The translations under genes were made by a program, and so were the position numbers. 64,000 nt of DNA from Microthyrium microscopicum. Lineage: Eukaryota. Below the pieces are notes generated by a model. The model was not told the DNA's origin and searched no databases. It saw only the letters and a list, made by a program, of their open reading frames with translations. The stretch is from assembly GCA_010405405.1 (NCBI GenBank), contig MU004246.1, positions 310,001 to 374,000 on the forward strand. Direction: 5' to 3'. Position 1 is the first letter of the stretch. Each line of letters opens with the position of its first letter. Positions 12,333 to 23,754 of this stretch are shown one piece after another.

Positions 12333-13911
12333 GGGGTGGTTTGGTTGGATATAGAGAATGGATTGTTAGCTCCGAGTCCGATTGGGCGGTAATGATAGAT
12401 GGGATATTAGATAGTAATGAAAGTATCTTTGAAGCCAATGAGTGCAATTGCTGCATAGAATATGATACTGATGATCAAAGAGAGTCTGGTTGATAGTAAG
12501 GACGATAAAGCGAGATGTAAGAGAGAGGGGATGAGTTGGGCTGTGATCGGCTTATATGATGATAAGAACATAGCCAAGTCAAACATGAGTAGTTCGCCTT
12601 GCGTATACACCATGCGTACGGCTGATTCGTTCCATAAGTGCATCTAGTGCATCACCAATGATAGTTATTTCTTGAACTAGCGTTGGGACATGGAGCTTAC
12701 ACCGACTAGCAAGGATATTGTAGCTTCGACGACCAATAAGTCTATCAACACTGCGTTGGGTTTTGCAGAAGCTGTAAGATCTCATCCTCGACGATAGGCG
12801 AATTGATTTCTTTCTTAGAGGCCTGAAGCATATCATACGACTGGAACTGTGAAGTGACTGTGAAATGACTTTGAAATGACTGAAAGGCCAATGATTAAGG
12901 TATAAGGAGACTTCGAAGATCTTGTCGTACTGCTAAAGAAGTAAGGTCCGTTTGCTGATTTGAGGAAGAGGACTAAACTGCTCGTACTATTTCTTAGTAT
13001 GGAGCAGCGCAAGGAAATAATTGCATACTTGTCCTGTTGACGCCGTTCAAGCAAGTAACTTAGACGATACTGCTCGGCGAATCCGAACATATACAGGTTG
13101 TGCGTTATTCTGGAAGGACATTGAAAGAAACCTGTATGCCTGCAAACAACTTGCAGAACTGATGCGTCAAGGATTCAATGATACTGGATCTCAGAAGTGG
13201 AGCAGCCCATGCTAAAGGCGGGACGGCTCGCACGATCCTAGCCTTGTTGTTTCAACCAATGTCTCGGAATGTACCATCAAAGAGAGGCAAGGAAACTCCC
13301 AAATCGTGGCAGTCTTTGGCAGGTTCAGTGATCAAATCGTGTTTCGGACTTTGCATGTTTTGGGCGCCTTGTTCAAATCCACACTAGCTCGGTTTGTTGC
13401 TTCAGCATCGAAAGCTCGCTGCAGCCTAGGTTGATTAGATGTGATATCAGCCACTGGAGTCTTTTCCGTAATAGCCTTAAGGATCCATACATCGTAGTCT
13501 TGTTTCACTGGTTGCAGCGGAGGCATCTAGTTCCTCTCTGGGACGATAATACACGTATGAAGGAGATATGTCGTGCAGTGTATTAGAGTATTCTGCCCCT
13601 TTGCCTCAGCAGTTTTCCGGTGTTTGAATATGCCTGGAGAGCAATACCACATATTCATGTCGCAATAGCCTCATAATCACTGGCAAGCTTACGGGGAACT
13701 GAAAATGCATACGCAAGTTGCGCCAGTGTCACTTGTCGGCGTGGATCACAACTTCGACAAAGTCACAGATCGCCCTCAACACTCCACGAAGTCAATGTAA
13801 TAATGGAGGACTGCGAGTGAGATGGAGTGTAGTTGAACGTTGCGGGAGTGGCTTGAAGGCTGCTTAAAGGGGGCCAAAAAGGCTGAATAGCAGAATCTGG
13901 GGCAGACGCAG

Positions 13912-13956
13912 GTGATTGGCGCGCGCTTACCGGTAAGCGGACGTTGACTTCAACGT
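13912..13956. promoter_or_regulatory. CCAAT box (reverse) followed by two adjacent palindromes upstream of the 14532 gene
   Basis: GTGATTGGC, then the perfect 16-bp palindrome CGCTTACCGGTAAGCG (13924-13939) and ACGTTGA-CT-TCAACGT (13941-13956). Regulatory function is inferred only. Confidence 0.3.
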
Positions 13957-14531
13957 AACTTACTGCAGGACTAGGTACTCCTTACACTTCAACGCCAACT
14001 TCTTTTCTACGGCCCGACTTTTAATTATGAGAGGAGGACAGACTTAAATTTTGCTGGATTAGGCTTTTCCATTAACCTGACGGCCGCTTTTACACGCTGG
14101 CTTAGCTGGGCATTCGATACTGGCTTGGAGCCCTACCGTCATCCTAACCAAACTCAATCGTCCACCACCTACAGAAGCCTACACCTCGACAATCTTTAGC
14201 TGCACCATAGGAAAGGACTCCCTTGCTTTCACTCTATCCTCCACAAATCTACCACACTACTCATTAGAGCCTCCATTTCTCCAACGCAAGCCAAGACCCC
14301 ATATATCAGACATTGGCTATCCTTTCTCCCCTGACCCACTATTGGCCACTCGCTGTCCCCAATCTATTGCCGTGCCCCAACTTCTGGTCATCTCCAGCAA
14401 ACTACAATTTCCCACGACATTCGCCAAACGGTCTCGACCACCTCACCCTTTCCTCTCCAAAATCCTACTTCCCCATATCAATCTCCACGCTGGAGCAATC
14501 ATAACATTTCCGGGACCATCTCCCCGGAGCC

Positions 14532-15936
14532 ATGTTTGCCCATTACCTACAAGGGCGCATGGGTCCCAAGACTCCCACGTTTTCACGGCAAACCATATTC
14601 ACAGTCGTTGTCTTCTTCACACTGCTCATCTGGAGCTGGCAAATATTCGGTTCATCGACACCGCGGACGCGCGAAAGTTCGAAACCTTCAGCGCCGATAG
14701 TCGATCCTCTTCCTCCCTACGTCAAACCGCGATATTGGTCCGCTTCACATCTGGGTGGACTTGAAGGCATAAAAGCGTTCCCCAAGCCAGATGGCTTAAA
14801 CAAGATCGTTGCCATAATATTTTATGGACGACCGGCAACAGTCTCAATTCTCGATTGCTACTTGAAGCGGAACTTGATAAAAAATGGGGGAATGCTGGAT
14901 GAGGTTGTTTGGATAGTACGAACCAACGACACATCGCACAAGGCATACCTAGATGTTCTTCTGGCCGAGGAGGACGCATATACCAAATGGAACGTAACAT
15001 TTGGCGAGAACGAGGATTACCGGAGCGCATACGACCGAGTACAAAACGGCACAATGTACATCAAGATAGATGATGATATAGTACGTTCAGCTGCGCCGCA
15101 ATTTTCTTCTGACTCGAATACTAACGTGCTAAATAGGTCTTCATGGAAGATACTGTAATACCGTCCATCGTGGACTCAAAATGGAAGAACCCAGACTACT
15201 TCATCATCTCCGCAAACATCATGAACCAGCCATCACTATCATGGGTTCACTGGCGTCTAGGTGCCGTCCGCCCCTATCTTCCTGAGATAGAACCTGCACC
15301 ACCATCAGACGTCGTCCCAGAAGAACTCCGCGTTGAATGGAAAGCATCAGCGCTCCCTGACTGGACCTCCTCTGATCCCGAATGGATAATGTCACTCGAG
15401 TACATATCACCCTACAAAAAGCACCGATGGCTCCCCGTGAAGTACGACACCTCGAACCGCTCAATCGACGATACACCCATCATATTCACAGATTTCAATG
15501 CTTTCAGTGAAGGTCTTTGGAAATGGACGATCGCGGCGCAGCAGCACTACAGTTTCTTTGAGAATCTGGAAAAGAATGAACTTTGGCGGTATAAGTTCAG
15601 CGAGTGGAACTATAATTATACGCGCATGGGCATACAGTTTGTCGCGATGATGGGCGAGGATATCAATATGGGAAAGCCGATTGTTGAAAGGGATGATGAG
15701 TATTACTTCTCGGAAGTGATGACACAGAAGACATCACGGCGTAAGTTTATCTCATTTCCGGAGCGTATATAACCACTAACAACGAGATAGATGGCGTAGT
15801 AGACGGTCGCTCATTAGTAGCTCACTACAGCTTCAAGCCACAAAGAGACGGCATCGCCAGTACTGACATACTGGATCGATATCGAACCTTTGCGGATGAA
15901 AATATTTGCATACAGCCTGTCCGTCCCATATATTAA
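14532..15936 (+). CDS. Type II membrane protein, putative GT-A fold glycosyltransferase-like
   Basis: Exons 14532-15080, 15137-15740, 15791-15936. Short cytosolic tail, single TM (TIFTVVVFFTLLIWSWQIF), Pro-rich stem, IIFYGR...ILDCYL, YIKIDDDIVFM (DxD-like), C-terminal AHYSFKPQ. Confidence 0.8.
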
Positions 15937-16269
15937 GGACAGCATCGGACTTGCATATACCACGGCGTTCTTCGGGCATATTTTGAACGGCGCATACTGG
16001 GAAGACAACGATTGTTCTCCACGCCTATAGTTGTACCGCTAGGTAATTCAAGGTTGATATGTTCATTTGTTTTTATAGAGCATTACCCATTGGGTCGCAA
16101 CATAGTATTTAAAGCGTATTTGCATTAGGTTGCTTGGTAGGAAATAGATACTATCGATAAAGCAATCGAGAACTATACCCCCTCAACACCGCATCCTTCT
16201 CTTGGACAACTCTTTGTGCCATGCCGAAGTGCCTCCATCACCACGCACATTGTTCACCCTGTCCACTCT

Positions 16270-16637
16270 CTAAACAGTTCCATAACCTGGCGGTGGCGCT
16301 CCTGCAGCTCCAGGCGCAGGCTGGACAACAACGTATTGTTTTCCGCCTCGCTGGACACGGTTCGAGTAGACGCCTGGCGCATCGGGGGAGTAAAGGCCTG
16401 CGCGTGCTTCGTCGCGTTTCTTGAAGTAGATGTATTCGACGTAGAAGGCGTGAACTGGGGTTTCGTAAGCGTCATGATGGGTTTGAGCTGGGGGCAATGC
16501 TTACTATGACCTGGGAAGTACCCAAGAACTGTGAGAAGGATGTTGATGCAGAGATCTGCTCCACAGCCGGCTGTGAGGGCGACGCCAACTGGTGGGAGGA
16601 AGATTGTTATGATTATGAGGAGGATTGCTGAGATCAT
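16270..16637 (-). CDS. Pmp3/UPF0057 family plasma-membrane proteolipid with C-terminal extension
   Basis: Exons 16637-16505, 16454-16270. Sequence IITIFLPPVGV...CGADLCINILLTVLGYFPGHIHAFY; tail ends PPPGYGTV. Confidence 0.9.
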
Positions 16638-16921
16638 TGTCGCGGTTTGTTGGTGTAGGTTGTTGGTGGTTCGTTGTGGTGTTTTTGAGGTATGAGGATG
16701 GAGGTGAAGCGGTGGTTGTTATGTATGTATTGCTGGCGCCTAGGTCCGTGTGGCAATATCAGTGGCTGGGTAGGAGATCAGGCGCGGGAATAATGCTGTT
16801 GTTGTTGGTCTTGGTCTTGGTAACTTGTTTTGGTGGTTAAATGAGAGGCGGTTCGAGCTCTAAGGCTTCAATGCTTGATCCAATCATTGAACAGGCATAC
16901 GTCATCATTGAGCTAAGGCAC

Positions 16922-17134
16922 CAAGGGGTCGAGAAAATAAATGGCGCGCTCCCAACGAGTGCAATGGCTCCCATATAAGACGATCTACTATCGAGTGCTT
17001 TATTTGCCATAGAGCGCGTTCAGACTTCGATTATTTATCGAATGCGATGAAAAATATAATACATTTGAATCAACAACGTTCGTGGGAGCCATCGACGCTG
17101 ATGGGAGAACGCCAGTTATTTTGTTCATCGGTTG
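16922..17134 (+). mobile_element. MITE-like element, copy 1 (213 bp)
   Basis: CAAGGGGTCGAGAAAATAAATGGCGCGCTCCCA...TGGGAGAACGCCAGTTATTTTGTTCATCGGTTG; 5-bp TSD GGCAC (16917-16921 / 17135-17139). Confidence 0.85.
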
Positions 17135-18028
17135 GGCACTTGGGGTACGATTAGATAAGATCAGGCCTTGGCACTCTGTTACAACAACTACATCGCGAGA
17201 ATGATTTTCCAAAACCTTCGCACGTTACTTATAAGCCAGCAAGGGAAAACGGTCAGATCTATTTCTCTGGAAGTCTGAGGGGATGCCGTCTGACTCTGAA
17301 ACCTTCATTTAAACACATCAGCAAACGTGTCACCTTGGTACACAGCCTCCATCGCGCCGAAAGCAACCATCAAATACAGAGCTATATCATCTAGCCGAAT
17401 GAAGCCATTTCTTCTGTTTGCAGCGAAGGTGCCTATTTGAATACTCCAGAGGCATGAAGATGGACCATCAAAAGCTTGACATATTTTGCTCATCGTCTTG
17501 GCATGGGGCAAGGCATTCTGTTCGTTTCAGACTCTGGAGCACGACGCGTAATGGCTCATGGCGAAGCAACTTCTCGTGTTCGGTTTCACGAATTCCTGCC
17601 AAGCGGATGTAAAGCTTTTAGAATACAAAGAGACCCCTCTAGTGGAGGCCGCGAGGCCTCCCTCCCTCCACGATTAGCCATTCACATGATCGGAGATATC
17701 TGCGAATCATAGTTCCAAGCCTCCTTCAAACCTATTTGTGAAACAGACATAACCGGCTACCTGGTCTCGCGTGGTTGTTGAGGCTAAACTCGTACTTGGG
17801 ATCTTGGCGGATTGAACTGGTAATGGAAAGGACAGCCGGTGCTTGGTAGGCTGACTTTGGTGATACTGCATATCTCCACTAATCATAAAATATCTAGCGT
17901 ACGAGCTTAGCAGTCGAGCGCAAGACAGGTTGCATGCAATATTTCGCGGATGAAGCCAGGTTCGTACCTTACTTGTCACGGCGCGAATTAGGCGATCATG
18001 GTCGCCGGCTAAGAATTCCGACGCCATT

Positions 18029-18241
18029 CAACGGCATAGCAAAATAAATGGCGTACTCCCATCAACTCTAATAGCGCCTAGAGGCTACGGTCTATTATTG
18101 AGTGCTTTCTTTGCTATAAAGGGCGTTCAGATTAGGAGTATTTATTAGATACGATAGGAATTAAAGCGCCTTCTAATTAGCAGCGCTCATAGTAGCCATC
18201 AGAGTTGATAGGAGTAAGCCATTTATTTTGCTATGCCGTTA
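18029..18241 (+). mobile_element. MITE-like element, copy 2 (213 bp)
   Basis: Perfect 23-bp TIR AACGGCATAGCAAAATAAATGGC extending to ~40 bp with 2 mismatches; 6-bp TSD GCCATT (18023-18028 / 18242-18247). Confidence 0.9.
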
Positions 18242-20121
18242 GCCATTGACAGCGGAAGATATAATGTTCAGTGCTTTTCCCATTGAATTAGGAAATTGGA
18301 ATCAATAAGCGTGCGCTTCACCTTCAGCATCACCATGTGTTCATATTTTTAGCCTATTGATGCATGCTGCGCCGAAAACTGACTAGCTCTCAGCCTTACT
18401 GCACCTTCACCGAGGAAATTCAGTATTGAACAATTTTTCCCTGTTTCCTGGACCCCTCATATGCAATTCTTACCGGGTTGTCTCCTGTCAAAATCGACAG
18501 CAGATGCGACACGTTCTGTATTTGTGCAAGTGTTGCAGCCATGAAGGTGAAATGCTGGAACATAACAAGCAATCCCAGGTAAGCCTCAGCACAACAAGAC
18601 GACCATGTCGAGCCTGCTGGATCATGAGAAAAACTATAAAGCTTTCTTCCAGCGAACATTAATTGCAGTTTCGGACGCCATGCTCAGTGCCCCGAAATGT
18701 TACCCGCTTGTTGCCTTCAGACCTCGTGCGGCACGCTCTACTATCAAGGCATACATGGTTCTCACTATCCATCTCCGGTGATTTGCTTCACGTTTGCACC
18801 AAATATACTGATCTATCAGGCAACAGCCATCAGCCTGATTTGCAGGTCCTAGTGGTTCCATAGGATGCTCAAGATCAGGGCGGCAACACTGCACGGCCGC
18901 GGCCTTCTGGTTTCTATACCGGGACGTAGTCCAATTCAGGAAACTGAATTTTTACACTAAATTATACTCTCATCATGCAATACCTTCAGCCACTGGATCA
19001 GTTGCTCCGTCTGGGAATACCATTTATGGGTTTGGCAGAGACAACGGACGAGGCGCCCACGAAGGCCTACAGTCTAAATTTGGTTGCTGGAGGCAATGGC
19101 TACTGCGGGAATGCGGACCGCGTTGCACGAATCGCAAAGCCATCCAGCGACTGAGGCAATCTCATGAAGCCTAGAATGACTTCACCAAGGCGGTCAATTC
19201 TCCCACGCGTGGAACCACTCGCACTGAATTGTAGCTGTAAGTTGGCTTTCGTTGTCTTTCCAAGTGAACGAAAAAATCCAAGCCTCAGAAATGTGCATGT
19301 AGAGCTCTAGTAGTGGGAGTGAGTGGGTGCTTTTGTTTGAAACCTTTGTACCTTTACACGACCTTCATCAATATCCTTAATCTGCACAACAAACATCTCT
19401 TCCTTTTTCAGCATGCAATGTGCACAAGTCATCCTTCTTTCTTTAAGCCCTTCTTTTTATATTGATTGGATGCTTGCTGATACCGCTATTAAAATTAGGC
19501 CAAGGCTGTCAAGCTGTGTAATAGAATATGGACGCGAAAGGCATAAGGCAAAAGGCATCGTCCACTAAAAGTTCACTTCATTGTCAAGCCACACCTAGTT
19601 CATCTACACGCCCCGCAAAGGATATACCGAACCTTCGACTCTTGGGAGTCTCTTCCTCAATCTCACACCGTTCCTTTTCAAATAAGCGGCCATATCCGAT
19701 GGTTTCTGAATCTCAGGGCGGCCTTTGACTCACACATCGTGATGGAGGCCAAATCCGCCTACGAGGCCCTGTGTAACAAACCGGCGACGGGTTTTGATTT
19801 GATGTTAGAAGATTGCCTCAGGGAAAATGGGCGGTGATGAGGAGGCACTGCTAAATAAGCTATAGCAGTTACATGTAAAGATGTTGTCGTTTTCAGTGCC
19901 TCAGAAACGCCTTGCTCCCATATTCTTTGAGTATATAGAGCAAGACTTTGAGACACGAGTTTCTGGGTTTCAGCAGACTCAGATCGACTTGTATTCTTCT
20001 ACTATCACCAGTTTAACCGAACTCGAGGCACAGTCTTCTCGGCAAAGAATTAAGTAAGTCTATGTGGCATATAAACCTTTCCTTTCGACTCTTGAGCCGT
20101 TAATTTAGAAGCTAACAAAAG

Positions 20122-20574
20122 ATGGCAGCCGTTTCCAATTCTTTCTATTGCTGTCAGTGCCATTCTGGCCCTTGGTCAAGAGAGATATATTGCCACTGTC
20201 TATCCCCTGGTTGTTACCACAAAGAGTGTCCTTACTGCCTCGAAGAGACGATACCCGACCAAGCAAAGTACAGCTCACTTCCGAAGTCATCGCAATCCAC
20301 CAGCATGTCAGACAACTACAACTTTCAGCACAGGTCTATGTCCAGCTTGAACTTGGTATTGAGCCTAGGACCTTCCCTCTTTCCATCTCCTTCGCCGGTG
20401 GATCTGTCAGGTTTGGGGGGATTTCAAGCTAGACCTGAAGGAACGGGCAACCAGATTTGGCATTGTTGCCAATGTGCCACCGACAACGGAAATATTGCAC
20501 ATACTAAATCTTGTCTGAATGCGGCTTGCGGACATCAGGCCGACTCTTGTTGTCACTACGAGGATACCCCATGA
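20122..20574 (+). CDS. Small Cys-rich zinc-ribbon-like protein, two domains (array member 1)
   Basis: FYCCQCHSGPWSREIYCHCLSPGCYHKECPYC and WHCCQCATDNGNIAHTKSCLNAACGHQADSCC. 5' intron 20054-20121 abuts the ATG; another intron starts at 20579 just after the stop. Confidence 0.8.
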   Translation: MAAVSNSFYCCQCHSGPWSREIYCHCLSPGCYHKECPYCLEETIPDQAKYSSLPKSSQSTSMSDNYNFQHRSMSSLNLVLSLGPSLFPSPSPVDLSGLGGFQARPEGTGNQIWHCCQCATDNGNIAHTKSCLNAACGHQADSCCHYEDTP

Positions 20575-23412
20575 AAGCGTAAGTCACATCTATTGCGAGC
20601 AAATTGTGTCAAAGAAATGCTGACTGTTAGAATATAGAGTTCGTTATTACTAGCTTACTCTAAATGGTCATATTGAACACTTCTTGGTTGGAGGCCTTCT
20701 ACCCGTGGTATTTTAATGGCTACCGCTCTTACCCCTTTTTCCTTTCTTCTTCCTTTACTTCCTTCCTCGTGACTTCTTACAACGGGTTTCATGAGATAAT
20801 CACATCATGTAGATGCGAAAATCTTGTATAATCTCCAATTGGGCATTGGAAACAGGCCGGACTTCTGTGCTTTAGTCGTCAAATTTCTCTCCGCTCTATA
20901 CCCAATAGCCAGTTTGTTTGTTGGTACTTCTGTCAATGTGGTTACTAGTTCCTCCTGCTTGCTTTCTCTGCTTGCTGTTGAATGGTAGCGTGGATTTTGT
21001 ACCAATAAGTTAGAGGATAGAATAGAATAATCGTTTGAACATCATAATTCTACTCAATCCCATATCAGTGCTCTACAACTCCTGTAAATGGTATGAGGAC
21101 TTTCAGAAATGGCACGGCAGTGGTTTGAGCACAGAACTCGTGAATAATATCAAAGCGGATGCTCAGCCCTCAACGGTACCTGATAACTGGGCAACCCGAT
21201 CAGAGGAGTAACGTGGAGAGCAGACATCCCTGAGAATCTGAAAGGTTGCCACATGCGTTGACAATCTCACCAATCATTACTGCAGTAATCGAGCTGTACC
21301 ATGTAGATTTTACGCCTTGCCTTACAAGCCCTTCCCTCTTTGCTCTTCTGCATTAGATAATAGAGATCCGAGGGAGGGGTCGTCAAGACCTTAATGCAAC
21401 TTCCAAAATGCTCAAGCTGATGTTTTTCTCTGAATCGCTAAGAAGGTCGGCAATCTGGTATAACCACATGGAAGCTTCAATCTATTAGGAACCGCTCCGT
21501 TCATTACTTGTAACCATTCTCCCTCTAGCTCATTCCATAATCCATCTGCTTTCGAAGTGAGCAGGCTACGCGATCACTTACCGAATCGTCTTGCCTGTGT
21601 CGAAAGTCAGCCTTGTCAGTTTGCAGCTGCCAATTTACTTGCGCAAAAGTTGGGAAACGGTTATACAAAGTCCTTTACTGCCTAGCCACACGACAGGATC
21701 TAGTCTTGGAAGTTGAAGATCCTGTAATTAGCAGGAAATGCGGGAATAATGGGCTCTATATGTAATTTGACGACGACCAGCAGATTTCGCAGAGCCTCAG
21801 CCTGATAAAACAACAGCCCATGTGATCTTGCACGCCCACTCCCGTGCATGGGCGATGATTTCCTGCTTTCTCTCGCTAGCCTCATATTGACGCAGATGGA
21901 CTACCTTGTTTCCCAGGAAACCTGTAACGAATGATAAGATGAATTGCGTGCTATCATATAGGTAACCGTACATCAGATACGTGGGACGCTCGGTGAAGCT
22001 GTTGCAATATTGCCTGAAAGACCACGCTTGATGCAAATTACATGAACCCAGTAGATGCCCAGACATAAAATAGACTGCTGCCTCTTTCGAAGTTAACATG
22101 GCCATGGACAACTGTAGACATCTCGCACCATAACAGTACTGAGCAACAAGTGTGCGCCATGCAGAATACAGCACAGTTCCATTGGTAGGCGTGAGCATCA
22201 GAGACGACTACATCTAGTGCGAGTTAATTCCATGTCAATAGGCTGAGCTAAAACGAGGAAGAACTCCACTACCCGACTTTTATCCTGGACTTAGGGGTTT
22301 TCATTGGCTTCCGCCCATAACGGGCTCATGGAACTTGCGGTGTAAGAAGTAATAATGCAAGACCTTTCCTGCAGCGTTCTGCTCTTTCACCTAGCAAAGT
22401 TGTTTTGCGCTTCCAACCCGCTTTGGGAGGCTCCGAAAAATGATTTTGCGTCACTCAGGCCAGTGATTTTCCTCACCGGACGAGTGAGGAGAAAGGCTGG
22501 CGCTACATCTCAGCTATGGCAGTTGACTGTTCTTGAATTTATCACACTCTCTACTCCTTTTCAACCTCGAGCGCGATTGCAAACATACAATTACCAGTGC
22601 CCTGTCTGTGGAGTGTCTACTGCGCCGGCTTCATCTAGCCGCAGGTATGCTCGACAACTTTTCCGTTGTGTCCAGTCTGAAGATCAGAATGTTCACTACC
22701 ACTTTTTACCTCATTTGCCTGCTGACAAGCTGCGATCTCAGGCAGAAATAGCAGTTGAGTTGCTACTCGCTTCTCAAATTGCAAACCTCTAGTACTGCTA
22801 GGCTGATTACGATGGACCTCGACCTTTCAGATCTTTCCAAGGCAACAACTTCTTGTATCAGCCTTAAGAGCACGCATCAATCACTTCCTAGCACCTTAAT
22901 CTGGCTATGGTCCTGACGTGTCACCTCACCAGCTCGGTGTCTCCCTTCATCCCGCTCTTCTGGCCTCAACCACATACGAGAGCCCCAAATGGTAACACAA
23001 GACATTCATACGATTAAGCCGGTCGATCTTCCTCGTGCGGTCACCAGTTGCTCTCAGTCTACCTTGAAGGCCGTATTAAGCCACACCACCAGCAATGGAC
23101 GAGGCATTCCGACGCCGATGTGGCACTGTGACTGAGGGTTTGCAAAATCGTCGTGTACCTATTTTGGTAGTCTGTTGCTGCTTGCAGCAACAAAGATAGC
23201 TGCTTAAGGCCTCAATTCTCCGCGGGTTGAGATGTATAAGATGTCGCATGCGACTTTGGCTATCCTAAAATTTTAGAGTAGACAGAGAACAGACCAGAAC
23301 AGTAAGTGACTAGCAAAACGCGATAATTTTGCGCAGATAGTTTCTTGCTTCATTCTAATGCCAATCACAGCGCACTTTTACACTTATCAGGATCCACCTT
23401 GCACTTAGAAAT

Positions 23413-23754
23413 ATGAACTTCAAGTCGTTAAACTTACAATTGGGCACATCCTTGATAGATTTACCGATATGGAACCCATCGTCTGGGTCAGTGTTCCTCG
23501 ATCGCGATACTATTAGTAGCCAGTACTCTATTGCCTTCACTGGAACTCTCACTTTGGACGAAGGTGTCAAGCAGTGTGGCGAGGTGGTATGGACCTGCTG
23601 CGATTGCGGCTCATTCAATGGAGTCCTTGCGAACAATCCGTCTTGCTTTAGTTGTAACACACCCAAATGCTCGCGGTGTATAACAGAGAATACGAAGGAT
23701 GTAAGTACACCTATTGCCGCTTTTTTTCCGACTTACCTAACATTCTGGTAGTAG
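23413..23754 (+). CDS. Small Cys-rich zinc-ribbon-like protein (array member 2)
   Basis: VWTCCDCGSFNGVLANNPSCFSCNTPKCSRCITENTKD, then an intron at 23701 (GTAAGT...CTAAC...TAG 23751) followed by a TAG stop (or acceptor 23754 giving RVPTC* at 23772). 5'UTR intron 23302-23370. Confidence 0.75.

Noticed and set aside
12407..12643. Short hydrophobic minus-strand ORF after the GT2
   Set aside because: Short, with no splice partner or motif; consistent with a GA-rich 3' region read antisense.
18426..18863. Possible fourth Cys-rich gene (LCKCCSH) and the CPVCG-containing ORF at 22355-22792
   Set aside because: Neither has the W/F-x-CC-x-C plus downstream Cys-pair spacing of the array genes.
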